Origin: Chrysomallon squamiferum
Taxonomy: Eukaryota > Animalia > Mollusca
DNA length: 64,000 bases
Assembly (NCBI GenBank): GCA_012295275.1
Contig: CM022667.1
Location: 17,422,001 to 17,486,000, forward strand
Direction of reading: 5' to 3'
Position 1 is the first letter of the stretch. Every line of letters starts with the position of its first letter. A model generated the notes under the pieces. It was not told the origin of the DNA. It saw only the letters and a program-made list of their open reading frames with translations, and searched no databases. The position numbers and the translations under genes are program-made. Positions 47,101 to 60,362 of the stretch are shown here, piece after piece.

Positions 47101-48533
47101 GTCACTGTGGTTTTGCCTGGTTTTGAATCCGTACCTTCGGTAATGAAAGATGTTCTTAGAGAAGAACAGGCCTTTCTGATCTGTCAGCTGCCTGCACACA
47201 CTCTTATTGACAAAGAGTTCATAGAAGCATTTGTCAAGAAAGGTGTTTTACTAAATATAATTGTTTTTATAAAGCATAGGAAATGCTGTTTCTGTGGTAA
47301 AACCTTTATTTACCCGAGAAATAAATGAGTAGAGAAATGTAGTCTGTAGAGTCTTCTCAGATATTATTAAACATCACCACCTGCAAAATAGGAATCAACA
47401 TTTACCATAAAACATTTTAAGCTGTTTCTAAACCTTATTAATCTATTCAGTACACTTCTTAGGTTATTAGACTTTTATTAATCTATTTAATGCACACATT
47501 ATGTATTAAACATTTATTAATCTATTTAATGCAGTCATTATGTATAAAACATTTATTAATATATTTAATGAAGTCATTATGTTATTAAACATTTATTAAT
47601 ATATTTACTGAAGTCATTATGCTATTAAACATTTATTAATATATTTACTGAAGTCATTATGTTATTAAACATTTATTAATATATTTACTGAAGTCATTAT
47701 GCTATTAAACATTTATTAATATATTTACTGAAGTCATTATGTTATTAAACATTTATTAATCTATTTAATGAAGTCATTATACTATTAAACATTTATTAAT
47801 ATATTTAATGAAGTCATTATGTTATTAAACATTTATTAATATATTTACTGAAGTCATTATGCTATTAAACATTTATTAATATATTTACTGAAGTCAAGTT
47901 ATTAAATTATTAATGTATTTACTGCAGTATCTAAAATATTAATGATTAACTGCAGTCATTAGATTATGTTTCATTTGTGCAAGGGTGGGTGGTTTTGATC
48001 TTTTTTTTTTATTTTTCTTTATCTATTTGTTTTTACTTATTGCTAGAAAACCAGACTTCCAAATTTATTTTTATTTTAATTTTTACCTTGCAGGTAAGAT
48101 GTTCATATTTTCTCATGGAACTAACATTGACACAGATAACTGTTTGGCTCTATTACCAACAGGTAAAAAAAAAAAAAAAAAAAAAAATAAATAAATAAAT
48201 AAAATTCAAATAAACTTTGATACTGACTTTATTATTGAAAAATGCAATAAATAACTTTTTGATTATATATTTCTTAGTAAATAAATAAATAATTCTTTGA
48301 CAAACTTAACAACTTATATATAAAATAATAATAAGTTGCATTTATGTAATATTAAATTTGTAATATATCCTAAATGTTATTTATTTATTATTATTGTTGT
48401 TGTTTGTATATTATTATTATTTCTTTTTCAGGAACTCTTTTACTAAATATTACCAAAGAAACATATGAGCAGTTGGGTTTGGAAGGGAAGCCATCAAAAT
48501 TCAGTACAAGGCAAAATAAACCAAGAAAATATG
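47101..48533 (+). pseudogene. RPP40: Partial inverted duplicate of RPP40 (exons 2-4 only)
   Basis: Exons 47101-47242, 48094-48162, 48432-48533 are nearly identical to RPP40 exons 2-4 with intact splice sites. No exon 1 or exons 5-8 on this strand. Confidence 0.88.
47470..47900. repeat. 40-bp minisatellite, about 10 copies
   Basis: Unit GTTATTAAACATTTATTAATATATTTACTGAAGTCATTAT. A shorter inverted version at 52310-52427 and 55048-55100 is split by the transposon. Confidence 0.9.
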
Positions 48534-48957
48534 GTGAGCTTTTGTAGGTTTTGTTGCTTTTAATAATTACATTTTTATTTAACTTTCTGTCTTAGTTATA
48601 ACTGTTTCTAAGCAATGATAAATTGCTGGTAACTTTTAACATTATTCAGCACTGCTGTTCTTAAAAAAAAAGATATGTTTTTAGTTATATATCTAAATTA
48701 TTTATAGTTTATAATGAAAAAAACAAGGAGTAATATTACGATTTGTACTTGTTTTATTCTGTATTTTCCACAAACCACCTGACCAACGGAACAGAGGAAA
48801 TGTTGTTTGAAATGTTGTTTGAAATGTTAAGTTGTTTTAAATAATAAAGAAACTCTTCATAACTGTATTATTTCAGTCATAATCCTTATTTCATATGTAT
48901 TACTACAAATACCCAAAAATATAAAATATGTACAATTTAAATAAACATCAATAATAA

Positions 48958-48988
<31 letters not shown>

Positions 48989-49118
48989 AATACCAAAATC
49001 ATATTCATACGTAATACTTTTTCATTATTTTTTTTTTAATATTTGTATTCTGACCAGTAATTTCATATATCAATAATTTAATGTTTCTCATCTGATGAAA
49101 AATTAAAATCTGCTGTCA

Positions 49119-49444
49119 TGAGTTGTACGTAAACACATATAACTGCAAACACAATGAACTGAGCTGTACGTAAACACACATAACTGCAAACGCAACGAAC
49201 GGAGCTGTACATAAACACATATAACTGCAAACACAACGAACTGAGCTGTACGTAAACATAACTACAAACGCAACGAACTGAGCTGTACGTAAACACATAT
49301 AACTGCAAACACAACGAACTGAGCTGTACATAAACACATAACTGCAAACACAACGAACTGAGCTGTACGTAAACACATATAACTGCAAACACAACGAACT
49401 GAGCTGTACGTAAACACATATAACTGCAAACACAACAAACTGAC
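49119..49444. repeat. 41-bp minisatellite, about 8 copies
   Basis: Unit AACTGAGCTGTACGTAAACACATATAACTGCAAACACAACG, head to tail with no spacers. Confidence 0.9.
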
Positions 49445-49519
49445 TCATATTTAAAAAAAAAAAAAAAAAATTTAGAATTAATTTTAATTTTCAGCACTTA
49501 AATCAGTTATTGGTATTTC

Positions 49520-49670
49520 TAACTACAGCATACATAATACAGATAGTAATATTATTAACTACAGTACACATAATAGTGATACTTACTACAGTACACATAA
49601 TAGTGATACTTTTTACTACAGTACACATAACAGAGATACTTTTAACTACAGTACATATATTAGTGACATA
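49520..49670. repeat. 27-30-bp minisatellite, about 5 copies
   Basis: Recurring ACTACAGTACACATAATAGTGATACTT. Confidence 0.8.
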
Positions 49671-49881
49671 TAGACCATGCATGTCGATGTACTTCAATCC
49701 TGACTGGTTCATTTTTCATACACAACACACTAGTCCTGACTCTTGATGACTCGATCCTCCTTTAACTGTTTTATCATTTCATTCAATGGTTTATTAAATA
49801 CACACACACAAACACACAAATAATAAAAATTTAAAGAATAAAAAACAATAACATAACAAATAATTTTAAAAAGTGTTTATT

Positions 49882-52800
49882 TTATTGACAATAATCTAGA
49901 GAACCAAATGCTGACAAAAGCCAGTATTGTTCATCTGGAAAAATTAAAAATGTGTAAGAGTTTTCTCCCTCAGAATAGAAACCATGTTCTCTAGAGTTCC
50001 AGGAAATGGGTGAATCACAGAATCCATGAACTGTAAACGATGCCCAGGGAACATTTTTTACAACAGATCTGTAAAAAATAAGTCAGGTACATTCAAAAAA
50101 AATAAACAGAATACACAGTGAGATAAAGATACAGGCATCAACACACACAAATCTCTTTAAAAGCCAACATAAGTTTACCTTAAATATAACAGAAACCGTT
50201 TTAATGTGGAAGGAGAGAAAAAACCCTTCAAAGTTGCAACACAACACTTGGAAGACGTAACACAGGACTCTGGACAGGAGTATGTGGTGACAAAATCATT
50301 AGGTTTACCCTCGGACCTGAAAAATATATTTAAAAATTTAAAGAAAACAATGAGCTGAATGTTACAGATAATGTTCATTCTTTTGTTATTGTTAGCTTTT
50401 CCCTTTTGATCTGAAAGTTTTGAAGAACTAATTTGTTATATTTATATGTCTGTGTGTTTAAATCAGATTATTAGCTGTTTTATTTTTCAACCCACTGCAC
50501 TCAACAGTAGTAGGTTCATACACATTGATCTCATTGTCAAATCATTAAAACAAAATAATAATTACATTTATTTGTTATTTTCTAAAGTAACCTTTAAGAT
50601 CTAAATAAGCAGTTAACACAAAAGATATAACTTATTACACACACTCACACACAGGTACACACACATATTTTATTAATTTGTTTACTGCACTTTAAAATAA
50701 ATAACATATTAATCACTTTATCTATCTATCTATCTATCTATGAAAGACTCTTGATATACATTTAGTTTATCAAACACTAACATATTCACATCACAAGCCA
50801 TGGCTCCTATCCACTCAAAGACTTGCTCAAATGTCTGTCTGTCCACAAAGTCTGATTTGAAATTTAAGTCTGGAACAAACACCCCATCGTAAGATTTAGA
50901 TGTTTGTGTTACGGAGACTGGCTTAACTCTGTAACCTTTGTTTGTAAAATATGATTTCATGGTGCTGGGACAGATTCGATCATCTTAAAAAAAAAAAAAT
51001 TATTTATTATTTGTATGCCACTTTTATTCATTAATACTATAAACATATACTTTTTTTAAATTTTATTGATAGTCAGTAAGCTCTATCTATCAACAGATAA
51101 ATAAATAATTAGTGAATCAAAATGACCTGTTCATAGATAACTATTTATCTGTAAACAAAAATACACAGGTTATAATCTGTTGTCTGACAACAGACAATTC
51201 ACATATAACGACCTACATTCAGATGAATTATAGTAACCTAATCAAAGATAAATTACATTTTTATCACATATACAGTCAGTTTCTTTTCATTAAATTACCT
51301 GAAGAATTCCACAGCACAAGAACATCAAATTGCATTTGAATATTGTCATGTAGACACCATAAAACTCTGTCATAATTTTTCTTTCCAGGTGTAAAATAAT
51401 CAAGTGTCAAATCTAACTGAACAACTGAAATTTAAAATATATTAAAAAATAACAAAAAAATATTACAGAGGATATAAACACGCAGGAATTACTATTATTT
51501 CTAAATCTCAGCAGGTGAAAAAAAGTTTTCATTTTTTATTTCCAAGTGAATCTTTTTTTTAAGAACAACAATGCTGAATAATGTTAAAAGTTACCAGCAA
51601 TTTATCATTGCTTAGAAACAGTTATAACTAAGACAGAAAGTTAAATAAAAATGTAATTATTAAAAGCAACAAACCTACAAAAGCTCACCATATTTTCTTG
51701 GTTTATTTTGCCTTGTACTGAATTTTGATGGCTTCCCTTCCAAACCCAACTGCTCATATGTTTCTTTGGTAATATTTAGTAAAAGAGTTCCTGAAAAAGA
51801 AATAATAATAATATACAAACAACAACAATAATAATAAATAAATAACATTTAGGATATATTACAAATTTAATATTACATAAATGCAACTATTACTATAATT
51901 TATATACAAGTTGTTAAGTTTGTCAAAGAATTATTTATTTACTAAGAAATATATAATCAAAAAGGTATTTATTGCATTTTTCAATAATAAAGTCAGTATC
52001 AAAGTTTATTTGAATTTTATTTATTTATTCAATTTTTTTTTTTTTTTTTTTTACCTGTTGGTAATAGAGCCAAACAGTTATCTGTGTCAATGTTAGTTCC
52101 ATGAGAAAATATGAACATCTTACCTGCAAGGTAAAAATTAAAATAAAAATAAATTTGGAAGTCTGGTTTTCTAGCAATAAGTAAAAACAAATAGATAAAG
52201 TAAAATTAAAAAAAAAAATTAAAACTACCCACCCTTGCACAAATGAAACATAATCTAATGACTGCAGTTAATCGTTAATATTTAATAATTTAGATACTGC
52301 AGTAAATACATTAATAAATTAATAACTTGACTTCAGTAAATATATTAATAAATGTTTAATAGCATAATGACTTCAGTAAATATATTAATAAATGTTTAAT
52401 AGCATAATGACTTCAGTAAATAGATTACCGTGCATACTTGTGTAAAAGGCGACCTTATGTATAAGTCGATGTGTATTTTAAGACCAAAAATTGCGTCATT
52501 TTAGGTATTACTTGTGTATAAGTCGACTGTAGATTCCAGGCACTGTCACTATTTTTAGACCAGTGTGACAGTGCCATGAAGGCCTACATTGTACGCCTAC
52601 TGTAACATAACTTGCACGAGCTGAAACTTGCACGAACATACCATAATAACGTAAATGCATGTATTACACAAGCTATAGCCTAAATGTATCATAAATAGTA
52701 TCTCTTTAATGTAATAGGTCTAACGTCTAACATGGAGACCTAACTTACGTTATATTTAGCCGTTCTATGATTTACAAAATTGTATGGCCATAGCTCTAAA

Positions 52801-55800
52801 ATATATGATGCCAGGCAAACAAAATAAATATACTGCACAATTTAAGCTTGCATAATTAGATTTGCTGAAAATTCTAACAATTCTGCTGCTGGACGGGAGT
52901 ATGGAGTCAGTGAAAAACTTGTTAGGGACTGGAGAAAAATGAGTACTAAATTACTTGAAATGCCAAAAGTGAAGTGTGCTGACAGAGGCAAAAAGTCAAA
53001 ACATCCGGAAATAGAAAAGACACTTTTTGAGTTGGTTCAAGCAAGTAGACAAGATAGCTATATAGTTACAAGGGGTGCTATCCGTTTACAAGCACTTAAG
53101 TTAGCTAAGAAGGCAGGAATTACGGATTTTAAAGCCAGTCCTGGTTGGTGCATGCTGTTCATGAAAAGGCATCATTTAGTCTTAAGACAAAAAACCAAAA
53201 TCGCCCAGCGCTTACCCAGAGAGCTTGATGATAAAATAACAAGTTTTCACAGATTTGTTATCCGTCATAGAGAGAAAAACAAGTATGCTTTGGCATGTAT
53301 TGGCAACATGGATGAAATGCCAATGATGTTTGACATGCCATCGAATAGAACTGTTAACAAGATCGGAGAAAAAACCGTGCTAGTGAAAACGACAGACCAC
53401 GAAAAGTCCAAATTCACCGTTATTTTAGGCTGTATGGCAGACGGAACAAAGTTAAAACCTATGGTAGTTTTCAAGCGCAAAACTATGCCAGAAGAAAAAT
53501 TTCCAAAGGGCGTATTAATACACGTACATCCAAAAGGGTGGTTGGATGCGGCCGGATGCAAGCTCTGGGTTAACCAAGTGTGGAGCAATCGTTCAGGTGG
53601 ATTACGAAAAGAAAAGTCTTTGTTAGTATGGGACATGTTCAAAGCACACCTGGTAGATTCTGTAAAAGAAGCTGTAAGACGAGAAAATACAGATTTGGCA
53701 GTCATCCCTGGGGGCCTGACAAGCATTTCACAACCTTTGGATGTCTCAATAAATAAGCCGTTTAAAGACACTGTTTGGCATTTTTGGAATCAGTGGATAC
53801 TAAATGGGGACAATATGAGAGCACCATCACTAGTTACAGTGTGTGAGTGGGTATGTGACGCCTGGCAGCAGTTGGACCCAGCTATATTTGTTAAGGCCTT
53901 TCTGAAGTGTGGAATTTCAATGGGATGAGATGGAGGATGACTATTTATGGCACGAACCCAATGCCCTTGCTGATTCCGTTCAAGAAAATAGTCCCACAGG
54001 AGAGGATTCTGGGAATGATAACCCACTTGACAGTGATGATGATCTTTATGATGATGCAATTAACACTGGTGGTATTGAAGAGTGGAATGAACTCTTTGGG
54101 GCAAGCGATAGTGATGGTGAAAATGACTTTGAAGGCTTTGAATAAACTTTTTGTTACACTAGATTATAGTATTACCCAGTAAATGTTGGATGTTTTGGAA
54201 TTAAAATGTTTGTATTGTTGCAATGTTTCATAATTACCGGGATATATAGATCAAGGTCTATTTAAAGGTATGTGTGGATTTCCAGGCATAGACGTAATTC
54301 AGTATTTAATTAAATTTTGTAGATAAATTCCAAAAGATGTGTTGCTTTATTATTTATTACTGGTATTTTACATGAACGTGCAATTCAAAGTAAGATAATT
54401 TCGGAACCTCAGCAATATTTTTTTCTATCGAAACTCTGCTACAAGACATGCCCCCGATCCTATTCCTAGCGCGCTAATTGGCCGAGTCTTCACGCTCTTG
54501 GCAACTGACTAGAATAACAAATATGGCGAGAAGTTGAACTGATTTTTGTTGCAGAACATTTATAGAAATTTAGTTTATTTTTGATTTGTCGATAGTGGAT
54601 ATCAATGACGATTGCAATATTATTTCACCAAATTCTTTACAATTACACATGTGAGTTTTGTTTATGAAATTAGGACCGATATTTAGTGCAATTTGGCAGA
54701 GAAGTCTGCATTCCTGGATCATTGCAAGACGCCGTAAGGCATAACGCCGTACTGACGGTTTTCTCGCTTTAAAATGTATTTTTATGTCATTAAACAGAAG
54801 AATATCATGTTTTACATTCATATTTGGTTTTGTTATTTAATTTTTCAAACTTTTTAATACGATAAAATTATATTTTTGAAAAGCTGAAAGACCGCAATTA
54901 TTTTAGATGCATCCCGTAGCAAAAAATAGTCAAAATGGCGACTCTTCAGCAACAGCTACAAAAGCATTACCTATGTATAAGTCGACCCCCAAAATATTAC
55001 CTTAATATAGTCTCCCAAAAATTCGATTTATACACAAGTATATACAGTAATAAATGTTTAATAGCATAATGACTTCATTAAATAGATTAATAAAAGTCTA
55101 ATAACCTAAGAAGTGTACTGAATAGATTAATAAAGGTTTAGAAACAGCTTAAAATGTTTTATGGTAAATGTTGATTCCTATTTTGCAGGTGGTGATGTTT
55201 AATAATATCTGAGAAGACTCTACAGACTACATTTCTCTACTTATTTATTTCTTGGGTAAATAAAGATTTTACCACAGAAACAGCATTTCCTATGCTTTAT
55301 AAAAACAATTATATTTAGTAAAACACCTTTCTTGACAAATGCTTCTATGAACTCTTTGTCAATAAGAGCGTGTGCAGGCAGCTGACAGATCAGAAAGGCC
55401 TGTTCTTCTCTAAGAACATCTTTCATTACCGAAGGTACGGATTCAAAACCAGGCAAAACCACAGTGACCTGAAGTAAAACGAAAAATTAATTAAATGTTT
55501 GCATGTTTACGTTTTATGTATGTATGTATATATGTATGTATGTATATATATATATGTATGTATGTATATATTGTGTGTGTATGTATGTATATATATATGT
55601 ATGTATGTATGTGTATGTACATCAGTACGTTCGTGTGTGTATAACTGTGACCAAAGGCGCACACATATGCCTGCTTGTTTATGCCTACCACATTATTGTG
55701 TTTGTGTAAGGACCTGATAATGGACATCAGTGTACAAACTGGCTGTAAGATGATTTATGAGCATACACACAACTTGTCACTTCTAATTGTTTGCATACCT

Positions 55801-57569
55801 GTTGTATGAACGGTACTGTTCTACAACACAAAACTACAATTCTGATTATGTTTACAGTAATTATAAATAAACGTATTCATTATTATGAAAGCCTTGCTTC
55901 TAAAATAAGATAACTGGTACTGACAAGATGTACCAACTACTATGAAACAGTCTGAATAGAAACTGTGCATTATGGGTGCAGTGTTCACAGCAAATACCCA
56001 GATTGATAATTTTCTAGTTATTTTATTACAGACTGATTAAGCAATAACTAAGAACTAATGTGAATGAATAAAATATGTTATATAGAAGCATATCATTATC
56101 AGCAAGGAACCATCTGAATTTAAATTGTTTCTCTGAACATAGCGTCACACGGCAGACATTCTCTAGTGATAATAAAGTACTGCTCAGAGTACACAGGACT
56201 GATCTTCCTAAACAGCAAACTTCAGCATGCATTATGGAACTGCTCTCTTCACACACAAACACGAGCCCGCTCACACTCTCGCATACACACACACAAGCAC
56301 AGACATATATGCACACTCATAAACACTGAATATACTCAAGTACATCACGCACACCATATACACAGACATAGATTTTATATGAACAAAATAAATTAATAAA
56401 TTTATTAAAAATAATCAATGATCCATTATTTTTTTAATGACAATCAGACCAGATGTGAACAACTTTGCATAATCATAATATTCTCTAAACTTGTGACACT
56501 AAACACATACCATAAATACAAATTAATATCAAACATCAAATCATTATTCATTTACAGTATTTTTAAAAAGAAGAAGAAGAAAAAGAAAGAACTTGAAATA
56601 TTAGAGCCAATGTAACAGGAGCCATACTAGCTTACTTTGTTGTCTTAGTGGTTGTTCATTTTGTGTGCATGACCATGAATAGAATGATGCATCAATGTAC
56701 CTGTATTCCGTATTATCATTTGTATAGTTAAAATATTAACATGTTGCTCTGCAAATATGATAACTGGTTAATGACAAGAGATACGTTTTGGTATGTGTTT
56801 TGACGTACCGTTGTTAAATAACAAGTGTGCGTAATTATGGACAAGATTTTGTTTACAGACGTTTTTGTTTTTTTACCTACCAAACAAAGCAATGCTTCCT
56901 ATTCACATGTTTGTGGTAACATTAAACAATTAACATAATGATACAGCTAAAAGTACTGCTTTTCATAAGGCACTTTGTAGCCATAGATAAACAACCCCGT
57001 ATCTCAAAGTTTCACAATGACTTTCACTCACAGTCTGCACAAAAAATTGCCGTCTGCTGACAGTCAGAACACGATTAAACAATTAGGCCACGACCATTGC
57101 AGTCTGTTTTTGTGGAACTCAGTTACATGTTCTGCGCATTAAAAAGGTAAGAATGTTGCAGTATTCTCATACTTAGTAACTAGTAACTAGAAACAAATAA
57201 AATGTTTATATTTTAACTATGTATATATACTACGTTCTAACTCTGTCAAGAAAAAAATCATTATTTCTACATAACGCGAGATTGTTGCTTATCTGTGACA
57301 AAACTGAGGATACTAACAACAAGGAAACAGTCTGAATAGAGACTGTGCCATTTTGAAAATAGCACACGATTCGGTATATTTCTGTACTTTATGATGAACT
57401 GTCTGGTCATAGTTAATCTTCGTAGAATTTGAAATATTTTAATTCTTACGGCATGGTTAAAATAGTGATCCTCTATGTGTTTATCATGCCTACTTTTGTC
57501 CTTTAAAAACGACGAATGTTCAAATAAGAGTTTGCTAGCTAGAAAATCTTGACACGTGGGGGCTGACAT
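49882..57569 (-). CDS. RPP40: Ribonuclease P/MRP protein subunit p40 (~361 aa), 8 coding exons
   Basis: Minus-strand exons 57450-57569, 55327-55468, 52055-52123, 51689-51790, 51299-51424, 50782-50983, 50179-50316, 49882-50068 (1086 nt, in frame). Motifs KSRH...HYFN, EFIEAFVKKG, TNIDTDNCLALLPTG, KETYEQLGLEG, FEWIGA, TYSCPE, VHGFCDSPISW, EHGF match RPP40. Confidence 0.93.
52428..55047 (+). mobile_element. pogo-superfamily (DD35D, Passer/Tc2-like) DNA transposon, ~2.6 kb, in RPP40 intron 2
   Basis: TA target duplication at 52426-52427 and 55048-55049; imperfect TIRs CCGTGCATACTTGTGTAAAAGGCGA and (reverse complement) CTGTATATACTTGTGTATAAATCGA; subterminal TGTATAAGTCGA repeats; internal transposase. 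Confidence 0.92.
52805..54145 (+). pseudogene. Frameshifted pogo-type transposase (Brinker-like and CENP-B HTH, DDE_1 domain, acidic tail); longest open segment 52939-53928
   Basis: FKASPGW, NMDE, VWD...QPLD with 35 residues between the second and third Asp. N-terminus MMPGKQNKYTAQFKL is out of frame at ~52850, and the acidic tail (53909-54145) lies in another frame. Confidence 0.88.
56600..56665 (+). pseudogene. Truncated exon-1 remnant of the secreted-protein family (ATG>ATT) inside RPP40 intron 1
   Basis: ATTAGAGCCAATGTAACAGGAGCCATACTAGCTTACTTTGTTGTCTTAGTG matches exon 1 of B and C, together with ~200 bp of upstream flank. Homology ends at ~56660. Confidence 0.7.
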
Positions 57570-58774
57570 TTGTTTTCTTACGTACTAAATTCCTTACTTT
57601 CTTAAAAAGCATCGATATTTAAAAACAATAAAATGAATAGCATAAAGTGAATCGTTAGTATTTTTTCTAATATTATTTGAATTAATAATAACTGCTTTTT
57701 GTAATTAAATTAACAAGAAACTCACGCAGCAATCTTTCGAAATTCCAAAAAATAAACTTTTTAAATCTTAATTTTATTTCAACCATTTCAATTATGATTT
57801 GGATTTAATGACTACAGCAAGCGCCCAGAATGATAATTTCCGAGTTATTAATAGATCTTAATTCATACACACTAAGCAACGAACAAGCGCTGATAGAATT
57901 TATAAGTGTACCAATTAATAAACGAACAATCCATGAAAATAGCATCTGAAATACATTTTCTGAACGTTTTATTATTTTTAATTTCATTTTATTAATTTTT
58001 TTTTTTTTTTTTTTTTAAATTTTCGTAGAGGATAGATATAGTGGTAGTAGTAAAAATATTTTATTCATTATTTTTAGAGAATTAATACACAGAAAGTAAT
58101 TTCAATATCTTGTTAATTGTTCATAAAGAGACAAAGTGCTACGAAGAGCAACATATTGAAAAATAAGATGTCAATGCTGAAATAGGAAATGAGAAATAAA
58201 TACCTAAAAATTTAGACATCATACATTACCTTACCTGTTTTGTAGATTGCTTTGGAATATAAATATATATATATAAGGTAATATTATATATGATGTCTAA
58301 GTTTTTATATATATTTTTTATCTCAAACTGAAGACATTCTCTAGTGATAATGAATTATTGGACACAGAACATATACAGGATAGATCTTTAGCTATATATT
58401 ACAGAACTGCTCTCTTCACACACACACACACACATCATTATTGTTATTATTGAATTTTAATTTTAATTTTATTTATTTAATTATTATTGTATTTTTAATC
58501 ATGATTTAGAGATAACAAATGGCAGGTTAGCAAACACTTTTAATTAATGATTCATTCAATAATTATTTCATTGTTAAAAACGATCAATGATCCATTGTTT
58601 TTTCATGACAATCAATCCAGATGTAAACAACAACTTTGCATGCATAATCATAATATTCTGTAAACTTGTGACACTAAACACATACCATAAATACAGATTA
58701 ATATCAAACATCGAAACATTTTTCATTTACAATATTTTAAAAAAGAAGAAGAAGAAAACGAAAGAACTTGAAAT

Positions 58775-59524
58775 ATGAGAGCCAAATGTAACAGGAGCCA
58801 TACTAGCTTCCATTGTTGTCTTAGTGAGTGTTCAGTTTTTTACCTCTGCTCAAGCACATTCAGTCCGTTTGGATAAGCTGGACAATCAACAGGATGGTTA
58901 AGTTATTTTATATTTATATATATATTATCAAAATAAATAAACACACACAAAAACATGCAGGTACTTTAGAAGCACGCACACATTAACATTCACCCCATGA
59001 CTGCCTATCTACATCTATTTTTCCATAATGCAATTAATAATTATTGAGAGAATCATTAGTTAAAACAGTTTCTATTTTTTCCTGTACTACCCTGCCATTT
59101 GTTATCTTTAAATCATGATAAAAATAATAATAAATAAATGAAATAAAAATTAAAAATCAAAATAATAGTAATAATAAACAAATAAATAAATAAATAAATA
59201 AAAAGTTAAAAACCAATAATAACAATAATAATGTTCCTAAGACCCCAGTAGTAACAGACACAGCAACGATAGTGTAATATGGCAGCCATAGCTGCAGTTG
59301 TAGTCATAGATGTGGTAGTAATCCTAACTGGAGAAGTAGTCCTAGCTAAAATAGTTGTCACACCAGAATGGTAATAAAAGACCTGATTTCATTTTCTAAT
59401 TGCTGTTGCTTTTCTTCTCATGTTGGTATTTCTTATAATAACAATATTCTTTGTTTCCTTTTTTATTTTTTTAAATATATAAATTTTTTTTATCAAATAA
59501 TAATAATAAATATATATATATGTT

Positions 59525-59567
<43 letters not shown>

Positions 59568-60175
59568 CATGTGTGTGTATATATATTTCATTTAGAATGG
59601 ATGGATGACTACAATAAATTACACCTGAAAGCTTTTTATGAGCTTAAAACAAAAGGCAAAGATGATGTTGTAATTAAAGAATTTTATCGTTCGGGCACAT
59701 ATGAAGAGGCTCTTCAGGATTTCTGTATTTTAGTCAAGGAGGATTTTGAGACTCTACATGAAGGGACAGAAAATGAAACTAAATGGTAAACAATTATTTA
59801 ATACAAAATTTGATAGTAGTATCAGTACAGTTCTAAAATTCACTATAGAAATGTATTAATAGCTTCTTTTTATCACATATTTGTTAATTTTGTAAAATAA
59901 GTATCAATTTGAAAAGGCTTGACTGTAGACTCGCAAGAATCTAATATTGCATATGAAATAGTGCAGCAGTAAGAATAGTGCATTGGTAAGAATAGAAATA
60001 AAGATAATATAGTAATATCAGTTATATTTTCAGGGGTCTTATACCTGACTCTGATGTTTCTGTACATCTCCAAAGATGGGGAATCCTAGGAGTAGCTGCT
60101 ACACTGAATATCTCAAAAGTCGCAACAGAAACAGAAATTTTTAGATACTTTGATTTCACACACTACATTAACTAA
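58775..60175 (+). pseudogene. Uncharacterised secreted protein, family member C; +1 frameshift in codon 4 (pseudogene or base-call error)
   Basis: Exons 58775-58896, 59596-59785, 60034-60175, inverted paralog of member B. ATGAGAGCCAAATGTA versus ATGAGAGCCAATGTA in B; the extra A gives a stop within exon 1. Exons 2-3 and all splice sites are intact. Confidence 0.75.
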
Positions 60176-60362
60176 AAATCAGTTAACACGTGGCAGAAAA
60201 TGAAACATCTTTCTGACAAAGATTATACAGATGTTGTCACTTCAATCAATAAACGGAATAAAATATATATTATTTAAATATATTGCTGCTTTTCTAATTG
60301 AGATTTTTAAAATACAAGGTATTAATGTGTACATAATACGGTGACACAAATACACTGGATAA

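Larger units (their letters stand above)
43465..48674. repeat. Left arm of a large inverted segmental duplication
   Basis: Reverse complement of ~51550-61360. Mirror-image ORF pairs: 44055/60552, 43941/60696, 44750/59873, 46221/56166, 46301/56026, 47107/55241, 47977/52025. Confidence 0.9.

Noticed and set aside
49078-49497. 41-bp repeat array as a CRISPR array or repeat-protein ORF
   Set aside because: Units are head to tail with no unique spacers, there are no cas genes and the context is eukaryotic. The ORFs are by-products of the repeat.
53265-54182. Extra ORFs overlapping the transposase (53265-, 53790-, 53907+)
   Set aside because: Shadow frames. Only 53909-54145 is meaningful, as the frameshifted acidic tail.
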